Of a DNA stretch of 64,000 nucleotides, positions 26,582-36,835 are shown piece after piece. Under the pieces are notes generated by a model that was not told the DNA's origin, made no database searches, and saw only the letters and a list, made by a program, of their open reading frames with translations. The DNA comes from Candidatus Dojkabacteria bacterium (lineage in GTDB: Bacteria; Patescibacteriota; Dojkabacteria; SC72), in contig JBMNHC010000001.1 in assembly GCA_050950165.1 (NCBI GenBank), positions 453,744 through 517,743 on the forward strand, read 5' to 3'. Position 1 is the stretch's first letter. Every line of letters starts with the position of its first letter. A program made the position numbers and the translations under genes.

Positions 26582-28024
26582 ATGAGATTGTATTCTACAT
26601 TGGATAGAAAAGTTGTTGAGATAGAGCCAATAGTTGAGGGAGAGATATCTATGTATAACTGTGGTCCTACAGTTTACAGTAGAATGCATGTTGGAAATAT
26701 TCGAGCATATGTTAGCTGGGATATTCTCCATAGAGCTTTTCTCTATCTAGGCTTTAAAGTAAAGAGAGTTATGAATTTTACTGATGTAGGGCATATGGTT
26801 GATGATGATGATTTTGGAGAAGACAAGGTAGAAAGAGCTGCATCTTTGTCAGGGCAAGATCCACTAGAGCTTTCTAATGGATATATAAGGACGGTATTAG
26901 AGGATTTCCATAGCTTACATATTCTTACTCCAAGTGGTGAGGTTGTTGATGTAGATATGGATCTTTCTAGACTAGAACAGTACGGTTGGGTAAGAGCTAC
27001 TTCATATATTGACTTGATGATAGAGAGAATTAAAGAGATGGAGCAAAGAGGGTATACATATGAGACAGATTTAGCAGTATATTTCGATGTTACAAAGATA
27101 GATGACTATACAATATTTACTGGTCAACAGTTAGAAGAGAAGAGTATTGCATCTAGAGAAGGGATTGAGGTAGATGCTCAGAAGAGAAATCCTGCAGATT
27201 TTGTTCTCTGGATGAAAAGGGTTGGTAAGTATGCAAACCATTTAATGCATTGGTCTTCTCCTTGGGGAGATGGTTTTCCTGGTTGGCATATTGAGTGTTC
27301 TGTAATGGGGGTAGAGAAGCTTGGTGAGCACTTTGATATTCACACAGGAGGGGTAGACCATATGTCTGTTCATCATCCAAATGAGAGGGCTCAAAATATC
27401 GGTTTTTGTGGTCATCCTGTTGTTAAATATTGGATTCACAATGAGTTCATAGTGGACAGTGATGATGGTAAACTTTCTAAAAGCAAAGGTGATGCTCCTA
27501 CACTTCCAGAGTTAGTTGAGCTAGGATATGATCCTTTAGATGTAAGGTATCTGTTGGCATCTGTAAACTACAGAGTACAGCTAAGATTTTCTAAAGAGTC
27601 TTTGGATGGAGCTAGGAGTGCTAGATTAAAGATGTTTAAGAGAGTACTAGCTTTAAAAGAGGTAAGTAAGGGTAGTGGTAATATTTTGGTTGAGTACAAA
27701 GAGAGATTTAAGAAAGCGTTAAATGATAATCTAAATATGTCTGAGGTATTTGCAATATTAAATGATTTACTAAAGTCTCAAAACAGCACGGAAGATATTC
27801 TTGCTACTGTATATGACTTTGATAGAGTATTAGGTTTCGATTTAGAAAATATTAAAGATGAACAGGAGAGATTACCAGAGGATGTAGAGGAGCTAGTTAA
27901 TCAGAGAGAGGTAGCAAGAGAGAGTAAGGATTTTGAGGAGTCGGATAGACTACGAGATTTAATTTTAGAGAAGGGCTACAGAGTACTGGATACTTCAGAC
28001 GGTCAGGTAGTGGAAAAGATTTAG
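26582..28024 (+). CDS. cysS: Cysteine--tRNA ligase
   Basis: CGPTVY..HVGN, PGWHIECS, DIHTGG.DH...HH.NE, KLSKS. Confidence 0.97.
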   Translation: MRLYSTLDRKVVEIEPIVEGEISMYNCGPTVYSRMHVGNIRAYVSWDILHRAFLYLGFKVKRVMNFTDVGHMVDDDDFGEDKVERAASLSGQDPLELSNGYIRTVLEDFHSLHILTPSGEVVDVDMDLSRLEQYGWVRATSYIDLMIERIKEMEQRGYTYETDLAVYFDVTKIDDYTIFTGQQLEEKSIASREGIEVDAQKRNPADFVLWMKRVGKYANHLMHWSSPWGDGFPGWHIECSVMGVEKLGEHFDIHTGGVDHMSVHHPNERAQNIGFCGHPVVKYWIHNEFIVDSDDGKLSKSKGDAPTLPELVELGYDPLDVRYLLASVNYRVQLRFSKESLDGARSARLKMFKRVLALKEVSKGSGNILVEYKERFKKALNDNLNMSEVFAILNDLLKSQNSTEDILATVYDFDRVLGFDLENIKDEQERLPEDVEELVNQREVARESKDFEESDRLRDLILEKGYRVLDTSDGQVVEKI

Positions 28025-28027
28025 GAT

Positions 28028-28927
28028 ATGAATACACAGTCTACATCTACAATATCAATAGAGAGGGATGAAGAGCAGAGAGTAGGTAAGGTACTTCTTT
28101 CTAATGGTTGGTCTGAAGAGGTAGATAGAAATGAGTATGTAAAAGCAAGGTACAGGAGTCCTTTAGGTTCTGTTGCAATACTGTATAGTAGTGGTAAGTT
28201 GGTATTTCAGGGTAAGCAAGATTTTAATTCTTTAATATTAGATATTAAACAGGAATCTTCAGAAGAGAGTTCTTCTTTTGTAGACCATATTGGAGTAGAT
28301 GAGGTAGGTAAAGGAGATTACTTTGGTCCTCTAGTTGTAGTTAGTTGTTTTGTAGATAGAGAGTTTGAAAAAAGAATCTCTCTTTTAGGGTTTGGAGATT
28401 CTAAGAGGTTTTCGGATAGGAAGATATTAGAACTTTTTAAAGAGATAGAGGAGTATCCTTACTACTTTAGCTCTGTAGTTGTACCTGCTGAGTACAACAG
28501 ATTAGTACTGGAGTATGGTAATGTTGCTGTACTACTTGCAAAGCAGCATAGTATTGTAATAGAGAAGGGGCTTTCTAAATTAAAATTAGATGGAGTGGAG
28601 TGTAAGCGAGTGGTAATAGATCAGTTTTCTTCGTCAAAAGATAGGGTAAGAAAAGAGTTAGGAGAGTTGGGTAGTAGGGTAGAGTTAATTCAATTTCACA
28701 AAGGTGAGTCAGATCTAGCTGTAGCTGCAGCTTCTATAATAGCGAGAGCCATATTTTTAAAAGAGTGGGAGAAGATGAATGAGAGATATGATTTAGTATT
28801 TCCTAAGGGTGCAACTAGTGTAGTAGAGTTTGGTAAGGAGTTTGTATCTAAGTATGGTGAAGATGAGCTTAGGAATGTAGCAAAGATTGGATTTAGAACA
28901 ACAGATGAGATATTAAAACTCTTTTAG
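28028..28927 (+). CDS. rnhC: Ribonuclease HIII
   Basis: N-terminal TBP-like domain (YSSGKLVFQG), IGVDEVGKGDYFGP, DSK, VIDQF, VAAASIIAR. Confidence 0.92.
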   Translation: MNTQSTSTISIERDEEQRVGKVLLSNGWSEEVDRNEYVKARYRSPLGSVAILYSSGKLVFQGKQDFNSLILDIKQESSEESSSFVDHIGVDEVGKGDYFGPLVVVSCFVDREFEKRISLLGFGDSKRFSDRKILELFKEIEEYPYYFSSVVVPAEYNRLVLEYGNVAVLLAKQHSIVIEKGLSKLKLDGVECKRVVIDQFSSSKDRVRKELGELGSRVELIQFHKGESDLAVAAASIIARAIFLKEWEKMNERYDLVFPKGATSVVEFGKEFVSKYGEDELRNVAKIGFRTTDEILKLF

Positions 28928-29805
28928 TTTTTCTTCTTATCTTCTTTCAAGGATTTAATAAGTAGTACTGTAGTTATGGATATTGATAGTAGGATTATTA
29001 ATTCTACTGTATAGCTATTTATTGTTGTTTCTGTATTTATACTTGTACTATCTAGTCCACTAGAGAAGTTACCGATAGCTACTCTCTTGTAGAGTATGTC
29101 TGAAATATGCCACTGTTTTACAGTTAATTCTTCTTGTAAGCTATCTTTAGGGTAAAGTTTTTTAGAGTCTCTGTTTATAAAAAGGTATTTAGGTTTGTAG
29201 TTTCCCTTACTATTAAACACTTCTATTCTTCCAATAGGGGCTAATACATAGTTAGAGTTATTCTGTATGGTATATTTAATTTTTAGTGGAGAGATGAACG
29301 GTATCCCTTTCTGAACGACATCTATCTTTGCTGTAAAGTCTGATGTAGTAATACCTTTAACTTGGTCATCTCTATCTACAATGTGTAGTACTACTAGTTG
29401 TGATACAGCCTTATTTATATACACGCTATCCTTCTCTGTTACCTCAGAGAGCACTAATATATTGAAGTAGGTTCCTTTTTCTAAGTTCTCAACAGGATAT
29501 ATTTCATAAGGTATTTCTTTTTTACTGTTTGCTTTAACAACAAATGTATCTGTATCTACCTTTAGAAAGATATTTTTACTATCTTTAATAATTTCATCAT
29601 CTTTATAGTTATAGTCATTTGTACTTAAGAGTATCTCAATATCTTTATCTTGAGTATTTTCGATAATAACGGAGCTTAGTTTTCTCTCTCCTTGTGATAG
29701 AGAGAGTTCATTTACTGCAGGAAAGAGAGTAGTAGCATGTACAGAAGATATACCCAGAAGGGTATAAAGGAATATTGATATACCGATTGTTTTGATTAGT
29801 TTCAT
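28924..29805 (-). CDS. Secreted, C-terminally anchored beta-sandwich protein (DUF916/PapD-like paralog)
   Basis: Signal peptide, two beta-rich domains similar in pattern to 29802..30764 (N.....P.G.I...N), C-terminal TM and Lys tail. Confidence 0.6.
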   Translation of the reverse strand: MKLIKTIGISIFLYTLLGISSVHATTLFPAVNELSLSQGERKLSSVIIENTQDKDIEILLSTNDYNYKDDEIIKDSKNIFLKVDTDTFVVKANSKKEIPYEIYPVENLEKGTYFNILVLSEVTEKDSVYINKAVSQLVVLHIVDRDDQVKGITTSDFTAKIDVVQKGIPFISPLKIKYTIQNNSNYVLAPIGRIEVFNSKGNYKPKYLFINRDSKKLYPKDSLQEELTVKQWHISDILYKRVAIGNFSSGLDSTSINTETTINSYTVELIILLSISITTVLLIKSLKEDKKKN

Positions 29806-30764
29806 TTCTTTCTCATTCTCCTCTTACTAGTTCTTACTATTATAGCAGTAAGAAGTATGAGAAGAATAGCAAGGATAAGTTTCCATGGTATTATCCAGAA
29901 TGTGGTTTCTTCTGTTAATACAGCAAACCCAGGTTGGAAACTTCTGTATGTGACAAAGAGTTTAGCTTTAAGAGGACCCAATGCTATCTTCTTTGATGGG
30001 GAAAGATATCCTTGTTGACTCCAGTTGTCTATGTAATTACCGAGGTTATCTCTTAGTAAGCTCTGTCTATTTCTATTAAAGGGAACTCTAGCTACTTCCT
30101 GCTTGAAGATGTTTTCTATAACTATCTCACCTGCAGGGGTAATATGTGTATCTCCTAAGTTTTTAATCTGTGTTATGAGGTCTACATCTACTTTCTCATA
30201 TGTCTTTTTATCTGTAACAAATCTTAGTAGCTCTGCACTCTCTACAAACTCATCTCCTACTTGTAAGAGGATAGGGGTTCCTGCTGCTAAGTTTGTATAG
30301 GTTACAGTTCCCTGTTGTTGTGGTGCTGATTGTGATATTAAAAATATCTGAGTATTGTACTCTCCATTTGTAATATCTAGCGGTACATTAATAGTATATT
30401 TTAACTTTGTATTTTTATTCGGTTCTAAAAATAGAGATTCTTTATCAATTGTAACCCACTTTGAAGCAGAGTAGAGAGCTTTACTATCTTCCTCTTCAGT
30501 TAATATTACTGCTGTTCCTGGTTGATTCTCTATCTGTTTAAATGATCTAACATATATGTTGTATGTATCTGCACTCTGAGATAGGTTCCAAAAGACTAGT
30601 TCTTCTGAATATGTTCCTCCTGGTTTTACTTTTAGTACTTTGTAAGTAGGAGAGACACCGATAGAAAGAGGACTCTGTGCAAAAGTAGGCGTTAGGCCTA
30701 AACAGAGTAAAAGTATGGGCAGTATTAATATTTTATTATATTCCTTTAAGCGTTTTAGTATCAT
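29802..30764 (-). CDS. DUF916/DUF3324-like (WxL-interacting, chaperone-like) membrane-anchored protein
   Basis: Signal peptide, GVSP....L.VKPG, W.......L.P....K.KYTI.VP....GEY, IKN.GDTH..P.G, FWIIPW-TM-basic tail. Confidence 0.7.
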   Translation of the reverse strand: MILKRLKEYNKILILPILLLCLGLTPTFAQSPLSIGVSPTYKVLKVKPGGTYSEELVFWNLSQSADTYNIYVRSFKQIENQPGTAVILTEEEDSKALYSASKWVTIDKESLFLEPNKNTKLKYTINVPLDITNGEYNTQIFLISQSAPQQQGTVTYTNLAAGTPILLQVGDEFVESAELLRFVTDKKTYEKVDVDLITQIKNLGDTHITPAGEIVIENIFKQEVARVPFNRNRQSLLRDNLGNYIDNWSQQGYLSPSKKIALGPLKAKLFVTYRSFQPGFAVLTEETTFWIIPWKLILAILLILLTAIIVRTSKRRMRKK

Positions 30765-30774
30765 TATTTAACTA

Positions 30775-31857
30775 TTAGTAGTAACCACCACATATGAAGG
30801 TGATTGTTTCTTGGTATGAACCTGCAACAGCTGATGCCCCAGCTCTTGCTCCGTATGTTATTGTTGCACTCTCAGCAGAAGCCTGAGCTCCATTTTGAGA
30901 AAGTATTAACTTTGCAGCAGAAGAGGTTCTATCTATTGTTCCAAATGTTCCAAGTGTACTGTCAGAGAAAGATGCAGGTACTACTGCACCAGTAGGTTGA
31001 GAAACTGTAATTCCAAATCCTTCACTTCCAGCAACAGTCAAGTCTATTGTATCGTTAGGGCCAGAGGGTATTAAATATGTAGTAGCAGAACTTTTCCAAA
31101 GACCTGCATCTCCAGATGTTCCATTCCCTGTACCGTAGACAGCCCAGTAGTATCCACTAGTGGCTGTAGTTGAGATTGAGTTTGTTGCTGTTGCGTAGTT
31201 ACCACCAGGATAGAGGGTACCTAGATTAACAGCATTTCCTGTTATTGAACATCCTACACTAGGAGCCGAAGATACTATAGCAGATACTACTACTTGATCA
31301 CTTGTTAGCAATTGGATCTTAAATGTCATTGAATCTGCTGTAGTTCCTTGGAATGCTGTGACGATAACATCATGAACACCAGCTGCACTGTTTGTACCAA
31401 GAACTCCTAAATTACCTGCAATCTTTACGCCGTATGTAGTTCCTCCAGTTAAAGCAGTCAAACCAGTAATCGTTATTGTATCAGATGTTCCAGTTGAACC
31501 TTGGCTACATGTAGCAGAGAGAGTTCCAGGAAGAGCTGCATCTATTGCCCATCCTGTAGAAGCTAAATCAACTTCAGAAGATGAAACACCTGTAGCTGTT
31601 AAGGATCCTGCAGTTCTACACCATGTGGTATCTCCTGCATCTGGAAATTCGATAGTTATTGTTCCTCCTGTTGGAATAGTGGTAGTGGTGTTGATAGCTA
31701 GAACATATTCGATACCTGTTGCAATATTTGTTTGTATCCTATTCATGTATAGGTATACATTTGCTAATGTTGCAGCGTGCGAAGAGTAATGGAGAAGAAG
31801 TGCTGATACAACAGCAATAAAGATGGTAGGTATTACAACTCTAATTATATTCTTCAC
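30775..31857 (-). CDS. Secreted Thr/Gly/Ser-rich fibre-subunit-like protein
   Basis: Signal peptide (SHA/A), no TM anchor, C-terminal AGSYQETITF strand like WxL/Csu-type pilins; GTG start. Confidence 0.65.
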   Translation of the reverse strand: MKNIIRVVIPTIFIAVVSALLLHYSSHAATLANVYLYMNRIQTNIATGIEYVLAINTTTTIPTGGTITIEFPDAGDTTWCRTAGSLTATGVSSSEVDLASTGWAIDAALPGTLSATCSQGSTGTSDTITITGLTALTGGTTYGVKIAGNLGVLGTNSAAGVHDVIVTAFQGTTADSMTFKIQLLTSDQVVVSAIVSSAPSVGCSITGNAVNLGTLYPGGNYATATNSISTTATSGYYWAVYGTGNGTSGDAGLWKSSATTYLIPSGPNDTIDLTVAGSEGFGITVSQPTGAVVPASFSDSTLGTFGTIDRTSSAAKLILSQNGAQASAESATITYGARAGASAVAGSYQETITFICGGYY

Positions 31858-31903
31858 TTTTTAGGCAGATTAAATTTATGATTAAAATAGAAATTCTATC
31901 TAC

Positions 31904-31932
31904 AGCTTATATACAGAATTTTATAATGTCAA
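31904..31932 (-). promoter_or_regulatory. Strong internal promoter for 30775..31857
   Basis: TTGACA-17 nt-TAAGCT on the minus strand. Confidence 0.7.
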
Positions 31933-31943
31933 GGGGTTTCAAT

Positions 31944-33143
31944 CTAATATCTAGGTACCAAAACTAAGGTTATGGATTCTTGATAATCTGAAGCAGGTGT
32001 GTATGAAGTTCCTGGTTTTGCAATAACCTTTAAAGCCATTCTACCTGAGACTATGGGAGCACTACCATCATATATTTTTTTAGGAGATGTACTTATTTCT
32101 CCTACTGAGTTAATAGTACCTGAGTAGTTTGTAGTGGCAGATATTACACCGAAGAGTGGAGAACTGTTGTCATATGCAATATATTCACTTTGAAGACCGA
32201 AGCCAGATTGTACTTGATCTAAGTTAGCAGTAGCAGACACAATCTTTTCTAAAGTAGTAGGGCTGTACAATCCTCCGTACAATCCTTTTCCCATTATCGC
32301 AAATCCTCCTTCTGAACTTGTTTCAGCGTCCATCCATATTCTGTCTCCAGCTGTAATAGCTGCAGATCCTCCTATCAATTCATATGCTCCTGTGAATGAA
32401 ATATTGTAAGGGGGAGAACTTTCTGCTGTTTGTCCACTACTTCCTGCAATATCAATATCGAAAAAGAGAGAACCTACAGCTGTAGTAGCAGAGCTTACTG
32501 GTCCTGCCTCTGTTTGAGTAAAATCTCCTTTAAGAGCAAATATCTTAATGTAGTAAGTTTTACTTGCTTCTAATCCTTGAATATTGAATACCTCTGTTTC
32601 CCAGTCTTCCTTTGTCATGAAATCAGAGATGTTGTGTGTACTTGCACTCTCTGGCATAAAGGTAGATGCATCAATATATCTAATATCTGATACAAAATTG
32701 TCCAAAGAAATCATTAACGCATAAAGGGTGTCTGTGGGGTTTCCTTGAGTATTAATTTCAAATCTTGCCTTGTTGTAGCATCCTCCTGTACCACATATTG
32801 CTACCATACCACCACTACTTAACTCAGTAGGTCCAGTGGTACAACTAGAAGATCCTGAAGTGGTAGTTTCAAAACATGATGCTATTGGAACAGCAGGTAA
32901 GAATGCTACCTCAGGGCTTGTTCCTAGTTTGTAAGATGTAGAATATGTTCTTGGATTACTAGATATCATTCCTACACCAAGTAGGGCAGAGTAGTTTCCA
33001 CTAGCACTCTCTACAATTCCTCCTCCTTGGGTTGTAGCTCCCACTATCTTAAAGTTTGTAGAGTCTAGCTCTTCAGCAACGACCTTCATAGGCAAGATTA
33101 AAAGAAGGAGTAGTGGAAGGAGTTTGAGGTTCTTAATATTCAT
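31944..33143 (-). CDS. Secreted FN3-like plus WxL/pilin-like protein
   Basis: Signal peptide, GLEASKTYYIKIFA (FN3-like), C-terminal ASDYQESITLVL. Confidence 0.6.
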   Translation of the reverse strand: MNIKNLKLLPLLLLLILPMKVVAEELDSTNFKIVGATTQGGGIVESASGNYSALLGVGMISSNPRTYSTSYKLGTSPEVAFLPAVPIASCFETTTSGSSSCTTGPTELSSGGMVAICGTGGCYNKARFEINTQGNPTDTLYALMISLDNFVSDIRYIDASTFMPESASTHNISDFMTKEDWETEVFNIQGLEASKTYYIKIFALKGDFTQTEAGPVSSATTAVGSLFFDIDIAGSSGQTAESSPPYNISFTGAYELIGGSAAITAGDRIWMDAETSSEGGFAIMGKGLYGGLYSPTTLEKIVSATANLDQVQSGFGLQSEYIAYDNSSPLFGVISATTNYSGTINSVGEISTSPKKIYDGSAPIVSGRMALKVIAKPGTSYTPASDYQESITLVLVPRY

Positions 33144-33202
33144 ATTAAAATGATATTGGAGATATTACTGGTAGTCAAATGAGAGAAAAAAGGTATAAGG
33201 CG

Positions 33203-33211
33203 TGATATAAT
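33203..33211 (+). promoter_or_regulatory. Extended -10 element upstream of tRNA-Ser
   Basis: TGATATAAT 13 nt upstream of the tRNA. Confidence 0.6.
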
Positions 33212-33224
33212 TGGGGACTTTGTT

Positions 33225-33311
33225 GGAGAGATGACAGAGTGGTCGAATGTGACGGTCTTGAAAACCGTTGTACGAGTCTTCGTACCGTGGGTTCGAATCC
33301 CACTCTCTCCG
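33225..33311 (+). tRNA. tRNA-Ser(TGA)
   Basis: Acceptor GGAGAGA/TCTCTCC plus G discriminator, ACGGT-CTTGAAA-ACCGT, long variable arm GTACGA/TCGTAC. Confidence 0.96.
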
Positions 33312-33339
33312 TTTTAATAACTTTTGTATCTCTCTAGAT

Positions 33340-34179
33340 ATGTCTCAGAAGGGTAGGGATAAAGAACAGAGTATGTTTAATGGATTAAACATACCTGATA
33401 GAGTTAGTATTGATGAATTTGTTGAGAAGTTAGTATCAAGATTAAGTGGATCGTTTGAGAAAGAGATTAAGAGACAGATCGCTAGATTAACAGTGGAGTA
33501 CAAGAGGGATAAGCAGGATACAGTAAATACAGGTATTACAGCTAGGGCAGAAGAGAGAGCAAAAGAGTGGATATGTCCTAGAATTCCTAGTTGGGTTAAC
33601 TCTGACCATCTAACAGTACTGGGTCTTGTTGCTGCATTTATCATAGTAGCTGGTTTCATCTTAGGGTTTAATAACAGAATATATCTTCTTCTAGTTGTAT
33701 TAGGTTTGTTTCTTAATTGGTTTGGAGATTCATTTGATGGTAGTTTAGCTAGATACAGAAAAAAGACTAGACCTAACTACGGCTACTATATAGATCATAT
33801 GATAGATGCAATTGTAGTAATGATTCTTGCAATAGGGTTGGGTATATCAGGTTTTGCTAGAATAGATGTTGCACTACTGTTTGCTCTTGTATATTTGGGA
33901 TTAATGATACATGTAGAGCTAGTAACATATGTACAGAATACTTTTAAGTACTCTTTCGGTGTAGTAGGACCTACTGAGATGAGAATAGTAGGGGTTTTCA
34001 TTACAATATATATGTACTTTGCACCTATAAAGTACTACTTTGTACAAGGTTATCAAATCTCTCAATATGATATTGCAATATTGGCTCTTTCCATCGCTAT
34101 GTTTGTTGTTCTCATTATTAATATCCTAAAAAAAGGTATTGAGCTTGATAGGATGGATAGGAAAAGGTGGAAGAGTTAA
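33340..34179 (+). CDS. CDP-alcohol phosphatidyltransferase family protein
   Basis: DSFDGSLAR...GYYIDHMID signature; start moved to ATG 33340 because 33268 lies inside the tRNA. Confidence 0.9.
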   Translation: MSQKGRDKEQSMFNGLNIPDRVSIDEFVEKLVSRLSGSFEKEIKRQIARLTVEYKRDKQDTVNTGITARAEERAKEWICPRIPSWVNSDHLTVLGLVAAFIIVAGFILGFNNRIYLLLVVLGLFLNWFGDSFDGSLARYRKKTRPNYGYYIDHMIDAIVVMILAIGLGISGFARIDVALLFALVYLGLMIHVELVTYVQNTFKYSFGVVGPTEMRIVGVFITIYMYFAPIKYYFVQGYQISQYDIAILALSIAMFVVLIINILKKGIELDRMDRKRWKS

Positions 34180-34238
34180 GTACTTTGTAATCTCTAATAT
34201 ATATCCTTGTTAGTATCTAAAATTAGTTAGGTACTTAA

Positions 34239-35384
34239 ATGAGGTATATACTTTTTCTCTTTTTACTACTTCTGTTTCCATCTTTTACTTACGCTGATGA
34301 TTTCCATGAGAGTGGAGATTCCTTTGTAAATGATTTCAGAGATGCACTAGGGTATGGGTATCGAACTTTACCTTTGCAAGGCAAATGCCCTATGTGTGTA
34401 GAGTTTAATCTAGAAGATGTTAAGGGTAGTAGTGTTGAATACATATTAAACAATGTAGGGCTTTTTGATATTACAAGTAGAGATCCAAAGTTTGGATTAA
34501 TACGTAATCCTCAGAGATATACATCGTTAGATCTTCCACCTTTTGCAAATGCTTCTTTCATATATTGGTATCTAAATGAAGCAGATCATAGTGTACAGAT
34601 AGAAAAGATTAAGGTATTTCTTTCTAGATATGATAGTAGTTTAGGAGATTTAAGAAATGTTTTGTTTGTAAATGGTCATTTTGAAGAGATACCCACAAGG
34701 GTATTGTTCGATATATACCCAAGAGCAGGAATTGTTAAAGAGTACGAAGGTTTAGGGATAGTGGGGCAAGGAAAAGGAGGATCTTTAATTCTAGATTCTC
34801 TGTTTGTTAAACCAACTGTATATTTTAGTCATTGGGAGCTATCTGTATCTAACAAGAAAGGATATATTCGTGTATATGTAAAGAACAGCTCTGATTACTT
34901 AGAGAGAAAAATTACATATTCTCACCAAGAATATTCTTCTACTAGAGATTTTCTTCCTAATGAGACATATGTATATGAGTATGAGGTTGATATTGAAGAG
35001 AATAGTTCTGTAGGTTTTGCATCTATTCATAATCCGAATAGCAGAAAAGAGTGTATTGGTTTTGGAGAACATCTAGAATCCAACTTTATTGGAGAATCTG
35101 CAGTTGTTGTGGGAGTTAGAAAAGAGGGAGAGATTCTTTATCCATATGTGTCTTCACGACTTAAACCTTGGGGAGAGGCATTTTGTATTAACAGATTAGC
35201 TCATACAGTTCACTCTATGGTAATTAGATATGCAGAAGAGGAAGAGGTTAAGGGTGTAGAGAGTACAGAGAGTATAGATATTGTATCATTGCCTAAAACA
35301 GCAAAATTATCAATTTTACTATCTACACTACCTTTACTTGTTGTAGTTAGTGGAGTTTGGTACTATCTAAAAAGGGAAATATAA
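34239..35384 (+). CDS. Secreted protein with LPKTA-TM-basic C-terminal sorting-like signal
   Basis: Signal peptide (TYA/D); ends LPKTA-hydrophobic-YYLKREI. Confidence 0.6.
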   Translation: MRYILFLFLLLLFPSFTYADDFHESGDSFVNDFRDALGYGYRTLPLQGKCPMCVEFNLEDVKGSSVEYILNNVGLFDITSRDPKFGLIRNPQRYTSLDLPPFANASFIYWYLNEADHSVQIEKIKVFLSRYDSSLGDLRNVLFVNGHFEEIPTRVLFDIYPRAGIVKEYEGLGIVGQGKGGSLILDSLFVKPTVYFSHWELSVSNKKGYIRVYVKNSSDYLERKITYSHQEYSSTRDFLPNETYVYEYEVDIEENSSVGFASIHNPNSRKECIGFGEHLESNFIGESAVVVGVRKEGEILYPYVSSRLKPWGEAFCINRLAHTVHSMVIRYAEEEEVKGVESTESIDIVSLPKTAKLSILLSTLPLLVVVSGVWYYLKREI

Positions 35385-35386
35385 TT

Positions 35387-36790
35387 ATGAAGATACATTT
35401 TAAAATCCCTTCCTATGTTCAAAAAGTAGGAAGGATATTAACAAAAGAGGGATATGATGTATATCTTGTTGGTGGAGCATTAAGAGATATTGTGATGGGT
35501 AAGACTCCTCATGACTATGATTTAGCAACTAATGCTCTTCCAGATGAGATGTTGGAGATATTTCCTAAGTCTGTTTCTACTGGAGCTAAGTTCGGTACAA
35601 TCTTAGTTCTTGTTAATGATGAGAGTGGAGAGAGTCAACAAGTAGAAGTCACTACATTTAGAAGTGAGTCTGACTATATAGATGGTAGGTGGCCAAGTAA
35701 GGTTGAGTTTGTAAATGATATTGATTTGGATTTAGGTAGGAGAGATTTCACTATCAATGCAATGGCTTTAGATTTAAGTACAAATTTAGAAGATGAGTCT
35801 GCAAGTGAGTGGAATATCCATGATCCTTTTGGTGGTATAACGGATATTAATTTAAAGTTAGTTAGAGCAGTAGGTACTCCGATAGAGAGGTTTAAAGAGG
35901 ATGGTTTAAGAACTTTTAAGGCTTGTAGATTGGCTTCTCAACTGGAATTTGAGATTGAAAAAGAAACATTTGATGCAATTAAAGAGGCTCTTCCTGTTGC
36001 TAAACAGGTCTCTATGGAGAGAATACGAGATGAATTTATGAAATTACTTCTTAATTCACCTAAGCCCTCTGTAGGGATAGAGTTGATGAGAGAGAGTGGG
36101 CTACTTAGTATCTTCTTACCAGAGTTAGTAGAAGGGTATGGAGTAGAGCAGAAGCTGTATCATGTACACGATGTATATTGGCATAGCTTAAATACTTGTG
36201 ATAAGGCAGAGGATAGTGTGAAGTTAGCTGCTCTTCTTCATGATATTGCAAAGCCTAGAACAGATATGGGTAATGGTCATTTCTATGGTCACGATACAGT
36301 GGGTGCAGAGATGGTAGAGGATATAATGAAGAGAATGAGGTTTCCTAAATCAGAGATAGAGAGAGTAAAGTCTTTAGTTAGAAACCATATGTTCTACTAT
36401 CCTCACCTAGATGAGAGAAGAGGTAAAGATATTCCTCTTACACAGTGGAGTGATTCAGCAGTTAGAAGATTTTTAAAGAGAGTGGGTCAGGAGAATGTAG
36501 AAGATCTCTTTAAATTAAGGATTGCAGATGCTTCATCTAATCCTAGTACTCTTTTTAAGCCCGAAGAGATTGAAGAGCTACAGAAGCATATTTCAAAGGT
36601 AAGACAAGAGGATATGGCATTAAAGATTACAGATTTAGATATTAATGGAGAGGATTTAAAGAGAATAGGTATTAAACCTGGTAAGAGAATGGGTGAGATA
36701 TTAAATATATTACTAGATATGGTAATAGAGGATCCATTGCTTAATACAAAAGAGAAGCTATTAGAACTAGCTAAGGGTATACCTAAGTAA
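35387..36790 (+). CDS. cca: CCA tRNA nucleotidyltransferase with HD domain
   Basis: VGGALRD...DYD, RRDFTINAMA, EDGLR, ALLHDIAKP; ATG 35387 preferred. Confidence 0.92.
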   Translation: MKIHFKIPSYVQKVGRILTKEGYDVYLVGGALRDIVMGKTPHDYDLATNALPDEMLEIFPKSVSTGAKFGTILVLVNDESGESQQVEVTTFRSESDYIDGRWPSKVEFVNDIDLDLGRRDFTINAMALDLSTNLEDESASEWNIHDPFGGITDINLKLVRAVGTPIERFKEDGLRTFKACRLASQLEFEIEKETFDAIKEALPVAKQVSMERIRDEFMKLLLNSPKPSVGIELMRESGLLSIFLPELVEGYGVEQKLYHVHDVYWHSLNTCDKAEDSVKLAALLHDIAKPRTDMGNGHFYGHDTVGAEMVEDIMKRMRFPKSEIERVKSLVRNHMFYYPHLDERRGKDIPLTQWSDSAVRRFLKRVGQENVEDLFKLRIADASSNPSTLFKPEEIEELQKHISKVRQEDMALKITDLDINGEDLKRIGIKPGKRMGEILNILLDMVIEDPLLNTKEKLLELAKGIPK

Positions 36791-36794
36791 TCGA

Positions 36795-36835
36795 CAGAAC
36801 ACCCCATAGTTATGTATGTTTAAGGTTCCCCTTTA
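36795..36835. repeat. Dispersed intergenic repeat, short copy
   Basis: 16-bp and 25-bp blocks identical to 62725..62740 and 62798..62822. Confidence 0.85.

Noticed and set aside
33268-33339. 5' extension of the CDP-alcohol transferase ORF
   Set aside because: Overlaps tRNA-Ser; ATG 33340 is the plausible start.
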